From Candidatus Yanofskybacteria bacterium RIFCSPLOWO2_01_FULL_42_49 (GTDB taxonomy: Bacteria; Patescibacteriota; Minisyncoccia; 2-02-FULL-40-12; GWA2-44-9), in the NCBI GenBank assembly GCA_001795615.1, contig MGKI01000004.1:22324-86323 (forward strand): a stretch of 64,000 nucleotides of DNA. The letters are read 5' to 3'. The notes beneath the pieces were generated by a model. That model was not told where the DNA came from. It worked only from the letters and a program-made list of their open reading frames with translations, and made no database searches. The position numbers and the translations under genes were made by a program. This document shows, piece by piece, positions 18,955-28,363 of the stretch. Every line of letters starts with the position of its first letter. Within the stretch, counting starts at the first letter, position 1.

Positions 18955-19866
18955 GTGGATATTAAGAAAACAAAAATTCAATATTTGGAATATCTGGAAA
19001 TAGAGAAGAATCGCTCACAGAAAACCCTTGAGAACTACGGACGGTATTTGGACAGGTTTTTTGGATTTGCCAACATTTCAAATCCCGGCCAGATAGACGA
19101 CGAACTCGTTAGGCAATATCGACTTCACCTTAATCGCCTCAAGGATGCTGATGGCAATAACTTAAAAAAAGTAACTCAAAACTACCATATCATCGCTCTG
19201 CGTAACTTTCTGAAATATCTAGCCAAAAGAAACATTCCGTCCCTGGCCGCGGAAAGAGTTGAGTTGGGAAAACAAGAACAACGAGAGGTAACATTTCTTG
19301 AGCCGGATGAATTGAACCGGTTATTAAATTCGCCGGACGGGAACGGTCTTGATGCCTTGCGCGATAAGGCGCTACTCGCCACACTATTCAGCACCGGAAT
19401 GCGCGTATCTGAATTATGCTCTCTGGACAGAGACAGAATAGACATAAACAGGGGAGAGGTGACTGTTAGGGGTAAGGGGGGCAAATTGCGGCTGGTGTTT
19501 TTATCAGACGGCACAAAAGATGCCCTCAGAAATTACCTTGGAAAAAGAGCTGATGTCGACGAAGCGCTTTTCATAAGGATTCCTAAGTCTAAAATATTTT
19601 TAAAAGACAGCAGCCTTAGACTCACACCGAGAAGCGTCCAAAGAATAGTAGGAAAATGCGCAGTCAAAGCCGGTATCTCTGGAAAAAATGTATCGCCGCA
19701 CACCTTACGCCATTCTTACGCTACTGACCTTCTCCGTAACGGCGCCGATATCCGCTCCGTCCAAGCAATGCTCGGCCACGCTTCAGTGACAACCACCCAG
19801 ATCTATACTCATGTTACAGATAAGCAGTTGCGTGAAATTCACAAGAAGTATCACAACAAGAAATAA
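18955..19866 (+). CDS. xerC: Tyrosine recombinase XerC/XerD
   Basis: C-terminal HTLRHSYAT...LGHASVTTTQIYTHV catalytic motifs; GTG start. Confidence 0.9.
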   Translation: MDIKKTKIQYLEYLEIEKNRSQKTLENYGRYLDRFFGFANISNPGQIDDELVRQYRLHLNRLKDADGNNLKKVTQNYHIIALRNFLKYLAKRNIPSLAAERVELGKQEQREVTFLEPDELNRLLNSPDGNGLDALRDKALLATLFSTGMRVSELCSLDRDRIDINRGEVTVRGKGGKLRLVFLSDGTKDALRNYLGKRADVDEALFIRIPKSKIFLKDSSLRLTPRSVQRIVGKCAVKAGISGKNVSPHTLRHSYATDLLRNGADIRSVQAMLGHASVTTTQIYTHVTDKQLREIHKKYHNKK

Positions 19867-19881
19867 CAAAACCGATGGAAC

Positions 19882-20100
19882 TCATCGGTCTTTTGAAAAA
19901 ACAGCCGTTGCATGCTTTGCCACGAAAAGCCCCGGCTGAATCTGAATCTTGGAATCGTCGGACTTTGGCGGAGACAATGTCTGAGAAGGCAGAAATCTAT
20001 ACTTTAAACCGCAAGTATTACAGTGATAATCTTCGTAAGCAATCCGGACAATTTCTCCCAGCCAGCAAACAACACAAGTCGTTCCTGTTTCTGTGGCCAT
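19882..20100 (-). CDS. Small zinc-ribbon protein (tentative)
   Basis: CVVCW...HCNTCG (CxxC-x16-CxxC); no clear RBS; an alternative + strand ORF overlaps it. Confidence 0.3.
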   Translation of the reverse strand: MATETGTTCVVCWLGEIVRIAYEDYHCNTCGLKYRFLPSQTLSPPKSDDSKIQIQPGLFVAKHATAVFSKDR

Positions 20101-20112
20101 GGTTTTATCTAC

Positions 20113-21003
20113 TTATTTAACGAGCTGATTCATCATAGCAATAAATCCGAGAGGGTCAATATAGACATCACTTTTCCCATCTTTGCTTCTTACTTTAATT
20201 GAAAAATGAAGATGAGCGCCGCCTCTTTTGGCACTGCCGGTATCGCCTGACATCGCTATAACATCGCCCCCCTTAACCGTTTGGCCGACTTTTGATACCA
20301 GAAATTTAGACAAATGCATATACACTGAAAATATTCCTGAGCCGTGATCTATAATAACCATATTGCCTTCGGTAGAATAATTCCTTGCTATCAGCGCAAC
20401 TTTGCCCGAGTTAATAGCCTTAACCGGTCTTTTGTGTTTTCCAGTTTTAGGATCCATGGTGGTCAAATCAATACCGTTATGACCCTGACCAAATGGGCTC
20501 GACTCTTCTCCTATCATCCTCTCCTCGTCAACAATTATTTCGTCAAGCGGTTTTATAAACTCACCGTCAAAATATCGTTCGGAATAGTCTCCAAGGTTGA
20601 AAGCTTGGGATATTGATTGCCGTTCGCGTCTCCATTTTGGAGTAGGAGTGAATGGACCTCTAATTCTTACTGGAAAGTCGTTTGGAACCACTTCTACTTC
20701 TTCGTAATCCCAGCTAAGTCTGACCCCTCGTCCATACTCGACGAGAGTTACAATATCTATGCCCAGTTTTGCATCTAGAGGAATCCCCACAAAAACTTCT
20801 CCATATTTATTAGGAATATAACGGTTGCCAAAGACCGAAATTGAGGGATTCGAGGTCGCGGGCGGCATCCATTGGGGCGCTATTTTTATTACCAGAACTT
20901 CTCCTTGCCCAACCTTGGGGTTTAATACCTCAAAGCTGTCATGCTGAGCACTGGCTCCCTCGGTCAGTAGCCATATCATTAATACAGTTATGGCTTTTTT
21001 CAA
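20113..21003 (-). CDS. Secreted M23 family metallopeptidase
   Basis: Signal peptide; HGSGIFSVYMH...GDTGSAKRGGAHLHFSI M23 core. Confidence 0.85.
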   Translation of the reverse strand: MKKAITVLMIWLLTEGASAQHDSFEVLNPKVGQGEVLVIKIAPQWMPPATSNPSISVFGNRYIPNKYGEVFVGIPLDAKLGIDIVTLVEYGRGVRLSWDYEEVEVVPNDFPVRIRGPFTPTPKWRRERQSISQAFNLGDYSERYFDGEFIKPLDEIIVDEERMIGEESSPFGQGHNGIDLTTMDPKTGKHKRPVKAINSGKVALIARNYSTEGNMVIIDHGSGIFSVYMHLSKFLVSKVGQTVKGGDVIAMSGDTGSAKRGGAHLHFSIKVRSKDGKSDVYIDPLGFIAMMNQLVK

Positions 21004-21064
21004 GGTACAACTCCTTTTGCTTCATTATTTTAAACAATATAACAATACGGCAATTTAGCAATTT

Positions 21065-21637
21065 CTATCTATATTTCGGATGCTGTTCTTTTTTGCCATT
21101 TGCTTCCCAACGGGCAAGAGCGAAAAACAAACTGGAGAGACGATTTATGTACGCCAGAATGCTGGCGTCAATTTCTAATTTCGAATTTCTAATTTCTAAA
21201 ATTTTTCTCTCAACATTGCGAGATTTTGCCCGCAACAAGTCCAACCAAGCAGAGGTCTGGTTTATTCCTGAAATAACAAATTTCTTCAAGGGAGGAAGTT
21301 TGCGTTCGATCTCGTCTATGATTTTCTCTGCTTCTTCAACTTTGGATCTTTCTCCGCCAGAGGCGGATCCGCCTTCGGCGGAAAACTTAGGAACTTTAAA
21401 CTTGCTTCCAAGCATCAAATTGGCCACATGAGATTGAATAATGAAAAGGTTCTCTTGAATCTCATGGAGATGTTTTTTTAAAATCCCGGAGACCTTGCCG
21501 CTCTTCAAAACCCCGACCATGCTATTCAACTCGTCTAATTGACCCAATGCTTCAACCTCAAGACAGGTTTTAGATACAACCTTCTTGCCGATGCGACTCC
21601 GGCCATCATCGCCTTTACGAGTATAGAAAATAGGCAT
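21065..21637 (-). CDS. PduO-type ATP:cob(I)alamin adenosyltransferase
   Basis: N-terminal IFYTRKGDDGRSRIGKKVVSKTCLEVEALGQLDELNS matches the PduO/MMAB family. Confidence 0.78.
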   Translation of the reverse strand: MPIFYTRKGDDGRSRIGKKVVSKTCLEVEALGQLDELNSMVGVLKSGKVSGILKKHLHEIQENLFIIQSHVANLMLGSKFKVPKFSAEGGSASGGERSKVEEAEKIIDEIERKLPPLKKFVISGINQTSAWLDLLRAKSRNVERKILEIRNSKLEIDASILAYINRLSSLFFALARWEANGKKEQHPKYR

Positions 21638-21676
21638 AACGAGTTGAATTTATCACATTTTTAGAACAAACTAAAC

Positions 21677-21694
21677 GACTCAATCGATTGAGTC
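21677..21694. promoter_or_regulatory. Perfect 18-bp palindrome upstream of the adenosyltransferase gene
   Basis: GACTCAATCGATTGAGTC, about 45 bp upstream of the start codon at 21637. Confidence 0.45.
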
Positions 21695-21809
21695 AATTTC
21701 CTACGTGGTGCAGTATTCTTGAATTAGTCCGAACGCATTTCGCCGCCTGCGGCGGCGATTTCAAATCCTCTCATAAAGTACTGATTTTTGACAAAGGGGG
21801 TGGGGAATA

Positions 21810-22715
21810 TTATGGGTGAATTTTGGTTAGGAACAGTTCGATCTCAACAGTCAGAGGATCGTTTGGTTTACCAACGTCTTTATTCATGTCACTGTGGGCT
21901 TTGCTTAAAACGCCTTTGATATTTGCGGAGTACCCGTTGGCTATGAGTTTTTCATAGAATGTTTGTGACTGGCCGGGAGAACCTTTTTCTCCCCGTTCAG
22001 CGGCAAAGAGAATTAGAAAGGGAGGGATGCTTTTCCCTAACTCAATATGGGCTATAGGTGATCCGTCCTGAAGAGAAGCCGCGTCTGTTTTAGTAAACGC
22101 CAATTCAATAAGATTACGAGTTGCCGGACCTCCGGTATAAGCGGAAACCAGATCAAATAGACCAGTGTCAAGAGCGATTACACCTTTTATAATGTTTGGA
22201 TCAATGCCTTCGTTCTGTAAATATCGGTGGTCAGTTGAAACCAAAGAGGCAAGATGGGCGCCTGCCGAATGGCCAATGAGGTATAATTGACTGCCCTTAC
22301 CGCCATATTGGGAAATGTTGGAGTAAACCCAAGAAATAGCCGCGGCTACATCCTCAACGTTGTCAGGATGATTCACACGGCTATCTTTCGTTAGTCGATA
22401 GTTGACGCTTATAAAAACAAAACCTTTATTTATAAAATATTCGGCCTTTGGCCTGACAACTCCCGAGTTGCTTTTGTCGCCTCTTTGCCATCCTCCGCCG
22501 TGAAGCATAACCATCACTGGCTTATCAGTAAAGTCGGGGGAAGTATAGATATCAAGCGATGTGAGATTGTCATCAAAACCTTCGCGATACTCATAGAGAA
22601 TATCTTTGTATATATCATATTCGTTTGGGACAAGGTCGGAATTTTTATCAGACTGGCCAAGCCAAACAAATCCGCCAATTGCCAGAACCAGAAACACAAG
22701 TATTATTTTACTCAT
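21810..22715 (-). CDS. Secreted alpha/beta hydrolase (esterase/lipase family)
   Basis: HGGGW oxyanion motif and GHSAGAHL nucleophile elbow; N-terminal signal/TM. Confidence 0.8.
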   Translation of the reverse strand: MSKIILVFLVLAIGGFVWLGQSDKNSDLVPNEYDIYKDILYEYREGFDDNLTSLDIYTSPDFTDKPVMVMLHGGGWQRGDKSNSGVVRPKAEYFINKGFVFISVNYRLTKDSRVNHPDNVEDVAAAISWVYSNISQYGGKGSQLYLIGHSAGAHLASLVSTDHRYLQNEGIDPNIIKGVIALDTGLFDLVSAYTGGPATRNLIELAFTKTDAASLQDGSPIAHIELGKSIPPFLILFAAERGEKGSPGQSQTFYEKLIANGYSANIKGVLSKAHSDMNKDVGKPNDPLTVEIELFLTKIHP

Positions 22716-22836
22716 AAATACATACTACTCCAAACCAGAAATATTGCGAGATCATTGATATTACTTATAAAATTTCCAGTGGTTTATACAATGATCGCTA
22801 ACTTTTACCATCATATATTCATTTTACATAAGCGAA

Positions 22837-23330
22837 ATGATGATAGCTGGCGAATACAAGATTAAAAAACAAAAAAATGGAAATATCCATTATTACACGT
22901 ATTATCATTGCTCAAAAAAGAATAAAGCACTCAAATGTAAAGAACCTTGTACTCGCCAGGAAGAATTAGATAAACAAATATCAAAAAGCTTCAAAAAGTT
23001 TCTTTGGAACAAGGTTGGGCAGAAAAATTAAACGAAATGATAGAAACCGATCAACAAAAATCAGAACAATCGGTGGTTGTTTTTATCCAAGAATCAGAAC
23101 AAAGAATAAAAACAATAAACACCAAACTCCAAATCCTTCTCGAGGGTTATTTAGACCAAAATATAGACAAGGAAATATACCGAGAACATAAGTCAAAACT
23201 TATTTCAGAAAAGAAAACTTTGGAAGAAAAAATTACGACTCTCACAACCAAGAAAAATGCTTGGCTCGAACCTGCTTCTTGGCGAAAAATTAGTGCGCGC
23301 AAGCGCGCCAAAAACCCTGAATTCGTTTGG
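22837..23330 (+). pseudogene. Remnant of a large serine recombinase: C-terminal zinc-ribbon and coiled-coil only, frameshifted
   Basis: YYTYYHCSKKNKALKC..C recombinase zinc beta-ribbon followed by a coiled coil, split across two frames (22837-23031 and 23004-). No catalytic resolvase domain. Abuts tRNA-Leu and tRNA-Cys. Confidence 0.5.
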
Positions 23331-23404
23331 AAAAATGGGGGGGAAATAGTGGCACGCGCTTCGCGCGGCCGAATCGGTCGGGCAAAAATCGGAAAGTTTG
23401 ATAT

Positions 23405-23491
23405 TGGTGCTCGGGGCCGGAGTCGAACCGGCACGACCTTGCGGTCAACGGATTTTAAGTCCGTAATGTCTACCAATTCCATCACCCGAGC
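23405..23491 (-). tRNA. tRNA-Leu (UAA), CCA encoded
   Basis: Cloverleaf with long variable arm; anticodon loop CUUAAAA; acceptor GCUCGGG/CCCGAGC. Confidence 0.85.
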
Positions 23492-23508
23492 ATATTTTTA
23501 AACATTTG

Positions 23509-23580
23509 AGGCGGCGGGCGGAATTGAACCGCCGTATAACTCTTTTGCAGAGAGTTGCCTTACCACTTGGCTACGCCGCC
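23509..23580 (-). tRNA. tRNA-Cys (GCA)
   Basis: Acceptor GGCGGCG/CGCCGCC, anticodon stem ACUCU/AGAGU with loop CUGCAAA, T-loop UUCAAUU. Confidence 0.85.
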
Positions 23581-23584
23581 GATT

Positions 23585-25132
23585 CTATAAACTTCCGATT
23601 GTTTTTTCTTCTCCGTACACTTCTAATATATCACCGACAGACACTTCAGCGAATGGTTGACCAGAGATAACATCAAGACGCATGCCGGCATCGAGACCTT
23701 CTTTAACTTCGGCCATGTCTTCTTTGTTATGCTGAAGTTGGCCTAGTTTGCTTTTTCCGATAACTTCACTATTTCTGACAACATCTACAACGGCCCCTCT
23801 CACAACTTTGCCGGACAAAACCTTGCCACCCACAATCTGGCTTTTAGAATCTTTTTTAAATAAAGCCAAGACTTTAAGTTTGCCCAACAGAGTTCTTTGA
23901 ATTTCCGGATCAAGCTGTTCTGCCATGTTTTTCCTTATCGCTTCTATCAGTTCATATATAACATCGAAGGTTTGGACTTTGATACTCTCTTTTTCGGTTA
24001 ACCTGACAACCGACGGCTCGATGTTAACCCTAAAACCAACAATATCTGATTTTGTGGCAATTGCTGTTTTCACATCGTTTTCAGTTATGTCACCTATATC
24101 ATAGCCGATCACATTGCATCTGACCTTGTCAGACTTAACTGCCTTTAACGAAACATCAACCGCCTCCAGAGAACTTTTAACATCGGCTTTTAAAACAAGG
24201 TTGTATATTTTTTTCTCCGGGTCCGCTGACTCGCTTATGAAAGAGAATAGGGGAGTAAGGTCTAGACTCTTGTTTTCGTCGGTAATCTTTTCTGCTTCGG
24301 TTTTTGAATCTACTGATACAAATGACGCTCCCGTATCGGGAACTTCGCTCCACCCCGTAAGTATAACCGGCTGGGACGGTTCGGCTTTTTCAATCGATTT
24401 GCCGGTAAAGTCCTCCATCATTTTTATTTTCCCGACAACTCTCCCCGCCGCAACCCAGTCGCCCAACGCAAGCACTCCTTTTTGGACCAGAGCCGTGGCA
24501 ACATAACCTTTTCTTTTGTCCAAGTGCGACTCTATTATTACCCCCTCGGCCGGCTTTGATAAATCTTCTCGAAGTTCTTCCAGTTCGGCCACGAGCAATA
24601 TCATATCTAAAAGTTCAGAAATATTTTTGCCTGCTTTTGCCGATATTTCAACAACTGGTACTTTTCCCCCCCAATCTTCAACAAGAACTTCTTCTGCAGC
24701 AAGGTCTTGTTTTACTTTCTGAACATTGGCCCCCTCTTTGTCTATTTTGTTAACAGCTACAATGAAAGGGATATTTTCCTCTTTGATTATCTTTATCGCT
24801 TCCTTCGTTTGAGGCTTAACGCTTTCATCGGCGGCCACAACAAGAACCGCAATGTCAGCAATCTTAGCGCCTCGAGATCTTATCGCCGTAAACGCCTCAT
24901 GACCCGGCGTGTCCAAAAAAGTTATTTTTTGGGATATTTCGACATTTCGAAATTTCGACATATCAATTTGGTATGCTCCCACATGCTGAGTAATACCTCC
25001 CGATTCCTTTTCCATTACATTTGTTTTCCGTATGGTGTCTAGTAATCTTGTCTTTCCGTGGTCGACATGACCCAAAACAACCACCACCGGCGGCCGTAGT
25101 CTGTTTTTTGTTGTATTGCCCGCATCTGACAT
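23585..25132 (-). CDS. infB: Translation initiation factor IF-2 (short form)
   Basis: G domain VVVLGHVDHGKTRLLD, DTPGHEAF, NKIDK; C-terminal beta-barrels. Confidence 0.95.
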   Translation of the reverse strand: MSDAGNTTKNRLRPPVVVVLGHVDHGKTRLLDTIRKTNVMEKESGGITQHVGAYQIDMSKFRNVEISQKITFLDTPGHEAFTAIRSRGAKIADIAVLVVAADESVKPQTKEAIKIIKEENIPFIVAVNKIDKEGANVQKVKQDLAAEEVLVEDWGGKVPVVEISAKAGKNISELLDMILLVAELEELREDLSKPAEGVIIESHLDKRKGYVATALVQKGVLALGDWVAAGRVVGKIKMMEDFTGKSIEKAEPSQPVILTGWSEVPDTGASFVSVDSKTEAEKITDENKSLDLTPLFSFISESADPEKKIYNLVLKADVKSSLEAVDVSLKAVKSDKVRCNVIGYDIGDITENDVKTAIATKSDIVGFRVNIEPSVVRLTEKESIKVQTFDVIYELIEAIRKNMAEQLDPEIQRTLLGKLKVLALFKKDSKSQIVGGKVLSGKVVRGAVVDVVRNSEVIGKSKLGQLQHNKEDMAEVKEGLDAGMRLDVISGQPFAEVSVGDILEVYGEEKTIGSL

Positions 25133-25216
25133 CTCAAGATTATATCATTTTTAACCAAAAATTTCAATTAAAAAGGTTGATTTTGTCTAATTTATTTGAT
25201 AAAATTTAAAAGTTAC

Positions 25217-25303
25217 GGAGGCGTGGCTGAGCGGTCGAAAGCAGCACACTGCTAATGTGTTGACCGGGAAACCGGTCCGAAGGTTCGAATCCTTCCGCCT
25301 CCG
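25217..25303 (+). tRNA. tRNA-Ser (GCU)
   Basis: Type II tRNA: acceptor GGAGGCG/CGCCUCC, anticodon stem GCACA/UGUGU, loop CUGCUAA, long variable arm GACCGG..CCGGUC, T-arm GAAGG-UUCGAAU-CCUUC. Confidence 0.85.
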
Positions 25304-25444
25304 CAGTGGATATTTTTTATCGGCAGACCCGAGTGCCTCAAAATTACCTCTGTTCAGACCCATCAGAAAGCCTTATACTGCCTTATATCCATCGGTACTT
25401 AACCCGAGTGGCCCGCCAAAAGGTCGCGAAGGAGACCTTCGCAT

Positions 25445-25681
25445 ATTAATTATTTTGTCTACATTTTAAATTGTGCCGATGGAAAACCGTATACTGGTTG
25501 TACAGAAAATTTAGAAGAGAGATTTGAGCGACATATCAACGGATATGTTCCGGCTACAAAAGATCGTCGCCCAGTCCAGCTTGTTACTCATGTAGTTTTT
25601 AGTGATAAGTATAAAGCATTTGAATTTGAAAAATATCTCAAATCTGGCTCGGGTAGGGCTTTTCTGAAAAAACATTTATGA
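25445..25681 (+). CDS. GIY-YIG nuclease superfamily protein (YhbQ-like) with no canonical start codon; possible ATT start or pseudogene
   Basis: NYFVYILNCADGKPYTGCTENLEERFERHINGY...RRPVQLVTHVVFSDKYKAFEFEKYLKSGSGRAFLKKHL matches the GIY-YIG family. The frame is open from the TAA at ~25420 with no ATG/GTG/TTG, and its stop overlaps the NUDIX ATG. Confidence 0.5.
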   Translation: MNYFVYILNCADGKPYTGCTENLEERFERHINGYVPATKDRRPVQLVTHVVFSDKYKAFEFEKYLKSGSGRAFLKKHL

Positions 25682-26082
25682 CAGAACACCCTAAAATTAA
25701 AAACGAAAAAAATGAAACCCTCAAAGCGGGCTGTGTTGTTATGAATGATCGTAATGAAGTTTTACTTGTTACCGATAAAGAAAAAGAAATTTGGACATTC
25801 CCAAAAGGCCATGCTGAACCTGGGGAAACACTTGAACAAGTAGCCTTGCGAGAAGTAAAAGAAGAAACCGGATATAAAGTTGAAATAGTAAAGAGACTTT
25901 CAGATGTTACCTATACTCATGGACAGACCGGAGAACTTATAAGAGTTGCCATGTTTGAAGCTAAGCCAGTTGGCGACCCAGATAAAGTTAAGGAGGAGAC
26001 TTATTCAGAATGGTTTCCAGTTCAGAAAGTTCGAGAAATTATTTATAAGAACCTCGTCTTTATTGTGGATGAGTTGGAATAG
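25678..26082 (+). CDS. NUDIX hydrolase
   Basis: Nudix box GHAEPGETLEQVALREVKEETGY. Confidence 0.8.
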   Translation: MTEHPKIKNEKNETLKAGCVVMNDRNEVLLVTDKEKEIWTFPKGHAEPGETLEQVALREVKEETGYKVEIVKRLSDVTYTHGQTGELIRVAMFEAKPVGDPDKVKEETYSEWFPVQKVREIIYKNLVFIVDELE

Positions 26083-26231
26083 GGTTAGTAAACCTTTCGA
26101 GCAAAATCTGGCACATCGAACAAATTGGGCTTTTCTTGATACATTCGCCTTAATTTTCGTATAATCCTATCAATATTGCTGTAATTGAGCATTATCTTCG
26201 GTTCAAAGTTCCGGAAATCGCCACCGCCAGA

Positions 26232-26960
26232 TTACCCCCTTGCGATTACAAACCCGATAACTCTTTTAGCCCCTCCGCCAGATGGCGGATTTTTTAAAAC
26301 CCTCGCACACTCGTTTAAGGTCGCGCCAGTCGTGCAAATATCGTCTACCAGAATTACGGTCCTGCCCTTTATCGCTTCGCGATTAGTCACGACAAAATTA
26401 TTTTTCACATTGCTAAAACGCTCTTCTTTCGTTTCTGCTTCGGCCTGGTGTTTTGCGTTAACGACTCTGGTTAAAACTTTCTCACCATAAGGCATGTGAT
26501 AACTATCAGCCACACTTCTTGCCAACAAATCGGCCTGATTAAATCCGCGCCAGTTGAGACGGTTCTTATGAAGCGGAACGGAGATTACCACGGGACTATC
26601 TTCAAATAAATTAAATCCCTTAGACAGCAGTTTTTTAATACACTTCTTTGCAATCACCGAAAGCGGTTTGGCCATATCGGACACAAATTTGTACTTGTAG
26701 GTTTTTAGCATCTTCTCTATTACCGAGTCGGACAATTCGGCAGCTATAAGAAGCTGGTCCAACTCACTCTCCTTTTTACAGAATACACAGGTAAGACCCA
26801 GGTGCGTCTGCCTCTTGCACCCCACGCACTCAAAAGTGTTTTTTAAACTAACCTCCCCAAAACATTTTTTACAAACATAATCAAAGTCACCGATAGCGGT
26901 GAATCGGCTACAACCCAAGCAAATCTTGGGAAATATAATATCTAACGCCCAGTTTTTCAT
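26232..26960 (-). CDS. comFC: ComF family phosphoribosyltransferase (ComFC); the ORF extends to 27182 but MKNWALDIIFPKICLGC fits the family N-terminus
   Basis: N-terminal Cys cluster (CLGC...C..C) and PRTase motif VILVDDICTTGATL. Confidence 0.8.
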   Translation of the reverse strand: MKNWALDIIFPKICLGCSRFTAIGDFDYVCKKCFGEVSLKNTFECVGCKRQTHLGLTCVFCKKESELDQLLIAAELSDSVIEKMLKTYKYKFVSDMAKPLSVIAKKCIKKLLSKGFNLFEDSPVVISVPLHKNRLNWRGFNQADLLARSVADSYHMPYGEKVLTRVVNAKHQAEAETKEERFSNVKNNFVVTNREAIKGRTVILVDDICTTGATLNECARVLKNPPSGGGAKRVIGFVIARG

Positions 26961-27120
26961 GTGTTGGGCCCCGCACCAGAGCGAAGCACGGTGCGGGACT
27001 AGTCCAGAACCGTGATTCGACTTTTTCAAGGCCTTTTTAAAGGAAGGTTTGTCGAATCTCTGGTTCTGGGGATAATTAAACATAATCTCTAGATAGTTGT
27101 GTGGTATACTAACTTTATAT

Positions 27121-28197
27121 ATGGCATTCAATCTATTCAAGTCAAAGGGAAAACTGGGCATAGATATCGGCACCTCGGCCATAAAAATAGTCGAACTTGA
27201 AAAAGAAGGGGGGCGGTTTGCTCTAAAAAATTACGGCCTCTTTGAGTTTAAGGGATCCAATAATACGCAACAAGCGGGGGGAGAGTCAAAACAGGTTCAG
27301 AACATTCTTAAACTTCCCGACGGAGAAATAATCTGGGGGATTAAAGAAGTTCTTAAGAAGGCAAAAATTAAAGCAACCAATGTTGTGGCTTCAATACCGT
27401 CTTTTTCGACATTTGCCACCGTCATCGAAATGCCCTATCTGTCGGAACAAGACCTTGCCAAGTCGTTGCCCTTTGAGGCGCGCAAGTACATCCCCGTTCC
27501 ACTTAACGAGGTTGTCCTTGATTGGTCAATTATAGATGTGCCACCTGTTCAGGCCAATAAATCCACGATGGTAGAGATATTCTTGGCAGCAGTGCCAAGA
27601 GACGAGACATTAAGATACCAGAGAATAATGCAGGGAGCAGGTTTGCACCTTCGCGCCCTTGAACTAGAGAATTCAGCCCTTATAAGAGCTCTGCTTGGGA
27701 ACGACTTGAGCCCGACAGTAATAGTGAACATCGGCGGAAGAAGCACTTCCGTAGTGATAGTAAATAGGGGATACGAGAGACTAAGCCACAACTACGAAGT
27801 CGGGGGGTTTGAGATAACCAAATCAATCGCCCGCTCGCTGAATGTAAGTTTGGAAAAAGCCGAGGAACTAAAGAAAAAAATGGGGATGAAAGAAGTCGAC
27901 GAAAATGTAATTAACAGCGCCATGAAGTCGTTGATCGACATGATGGTATTTGAAACCAGAAAAACAATAACCAACTACGAGGAAGCCAAAAACCAAAAAA
28001 TATCGAGAGTACTCCTTGTCGGCGGTTTGACCAACATGCCTAGTTTCGCTAACTATTTCCAACAAAAACTTGGCAGAGAAGTTTTTACGGGCAATGCGCT
28101 TGCCAGAGTTGTCTACCCGCAAACGCTAGCTCCGGTTACGCAGGAATTAGCGAGTATTTTCTCCGTTGCGGTTGGTTTGGCGATGAGAGAAATCTAG
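27121..28197 (+). CDS. pilM: Type IV pilus assembly ATPase-like protein PilM
   Basis: Actin-like fold start GIDIGTSAIKIVEL; operon context with pilNO. Confidence 0.85.
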   Translation: MAFNLFKSKGKLGIDIGTSAIKIVELEKEGGRFALKNYGLFEFKGSNNTQQAGGESKQVQNILKLPDGEIIWGIKEVLKKAKIKATNVVASIPSFSTFATVIEMPYLSEQDLAKSLPFEARKYIPVPLNEVVLDWSIIDVPPVQANKSTMVEIFLAAVPRDETLRYQRIMQGAGLHLRALELENSALIRALLGNDLSPTVIVNIGGRSTSVVIVNRGYERLSHNYEVGGFEITKSIARSLNVSLEKAEELKKKMGMKEVDENVINSAMKSLIDMMVFETRKTITNYEEAKNQKISRVLLVGGLTNMPSFANYFQQKLGREVFTGNALARVVYPQTLAPVTQELASIFSVAVGLAMREI

Positions 28198-28363
28198 ATA
28201 AAATGACCAATACCCAATATCCAATACCCAATAAAGCTTTAAAAATGTTTAAAACATTTGAAAATTTGAAAATTGGTTATTGATTGGTTGTTGAACACTT
28301 AGTAATTGGTTAATAAATATGTGTGTATAAGTTTTGTCCAGTATTAAGATATAATTAAAAAGT

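Noticed and set aside
19875-20120. 81-aa + strand ORF overlapping the small zinc-ribbon ORF
   Set aside because: It has no RBS and no motif. The opposite-strand ORF has a CxxC...CxxC ribbon, so the + ORF was dropped, with low confidence in either.
23004-23501. 165-aa ORF extending across tRNA-Leu
   Set aside because: The 3' part reads antisense through the tRNA gene. Only the coiled-coil portion up to about 23330 looks like recombinase sequence, so it is treated as a pseudogene remnant rather than an intact CDS.
25257-25469. 70-aa ORF overlapping tRNA-Ser and the start of the GIY-YIG region
   Set aside because: It overlaps a confidently folded tRNA, and a different frame in the same region encodes a clear GIY-YIG domain.
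26961-27182. N-terminal 74-aa extension of the comFC ORF
   Set aside because: ComF proteins start with the ...FP.(C)LGC cysteine cluster. The internal Met (MKNWALDIIFPKICLGC) fits. The extension overlaps the pilM start and a GC-rich hairpin.
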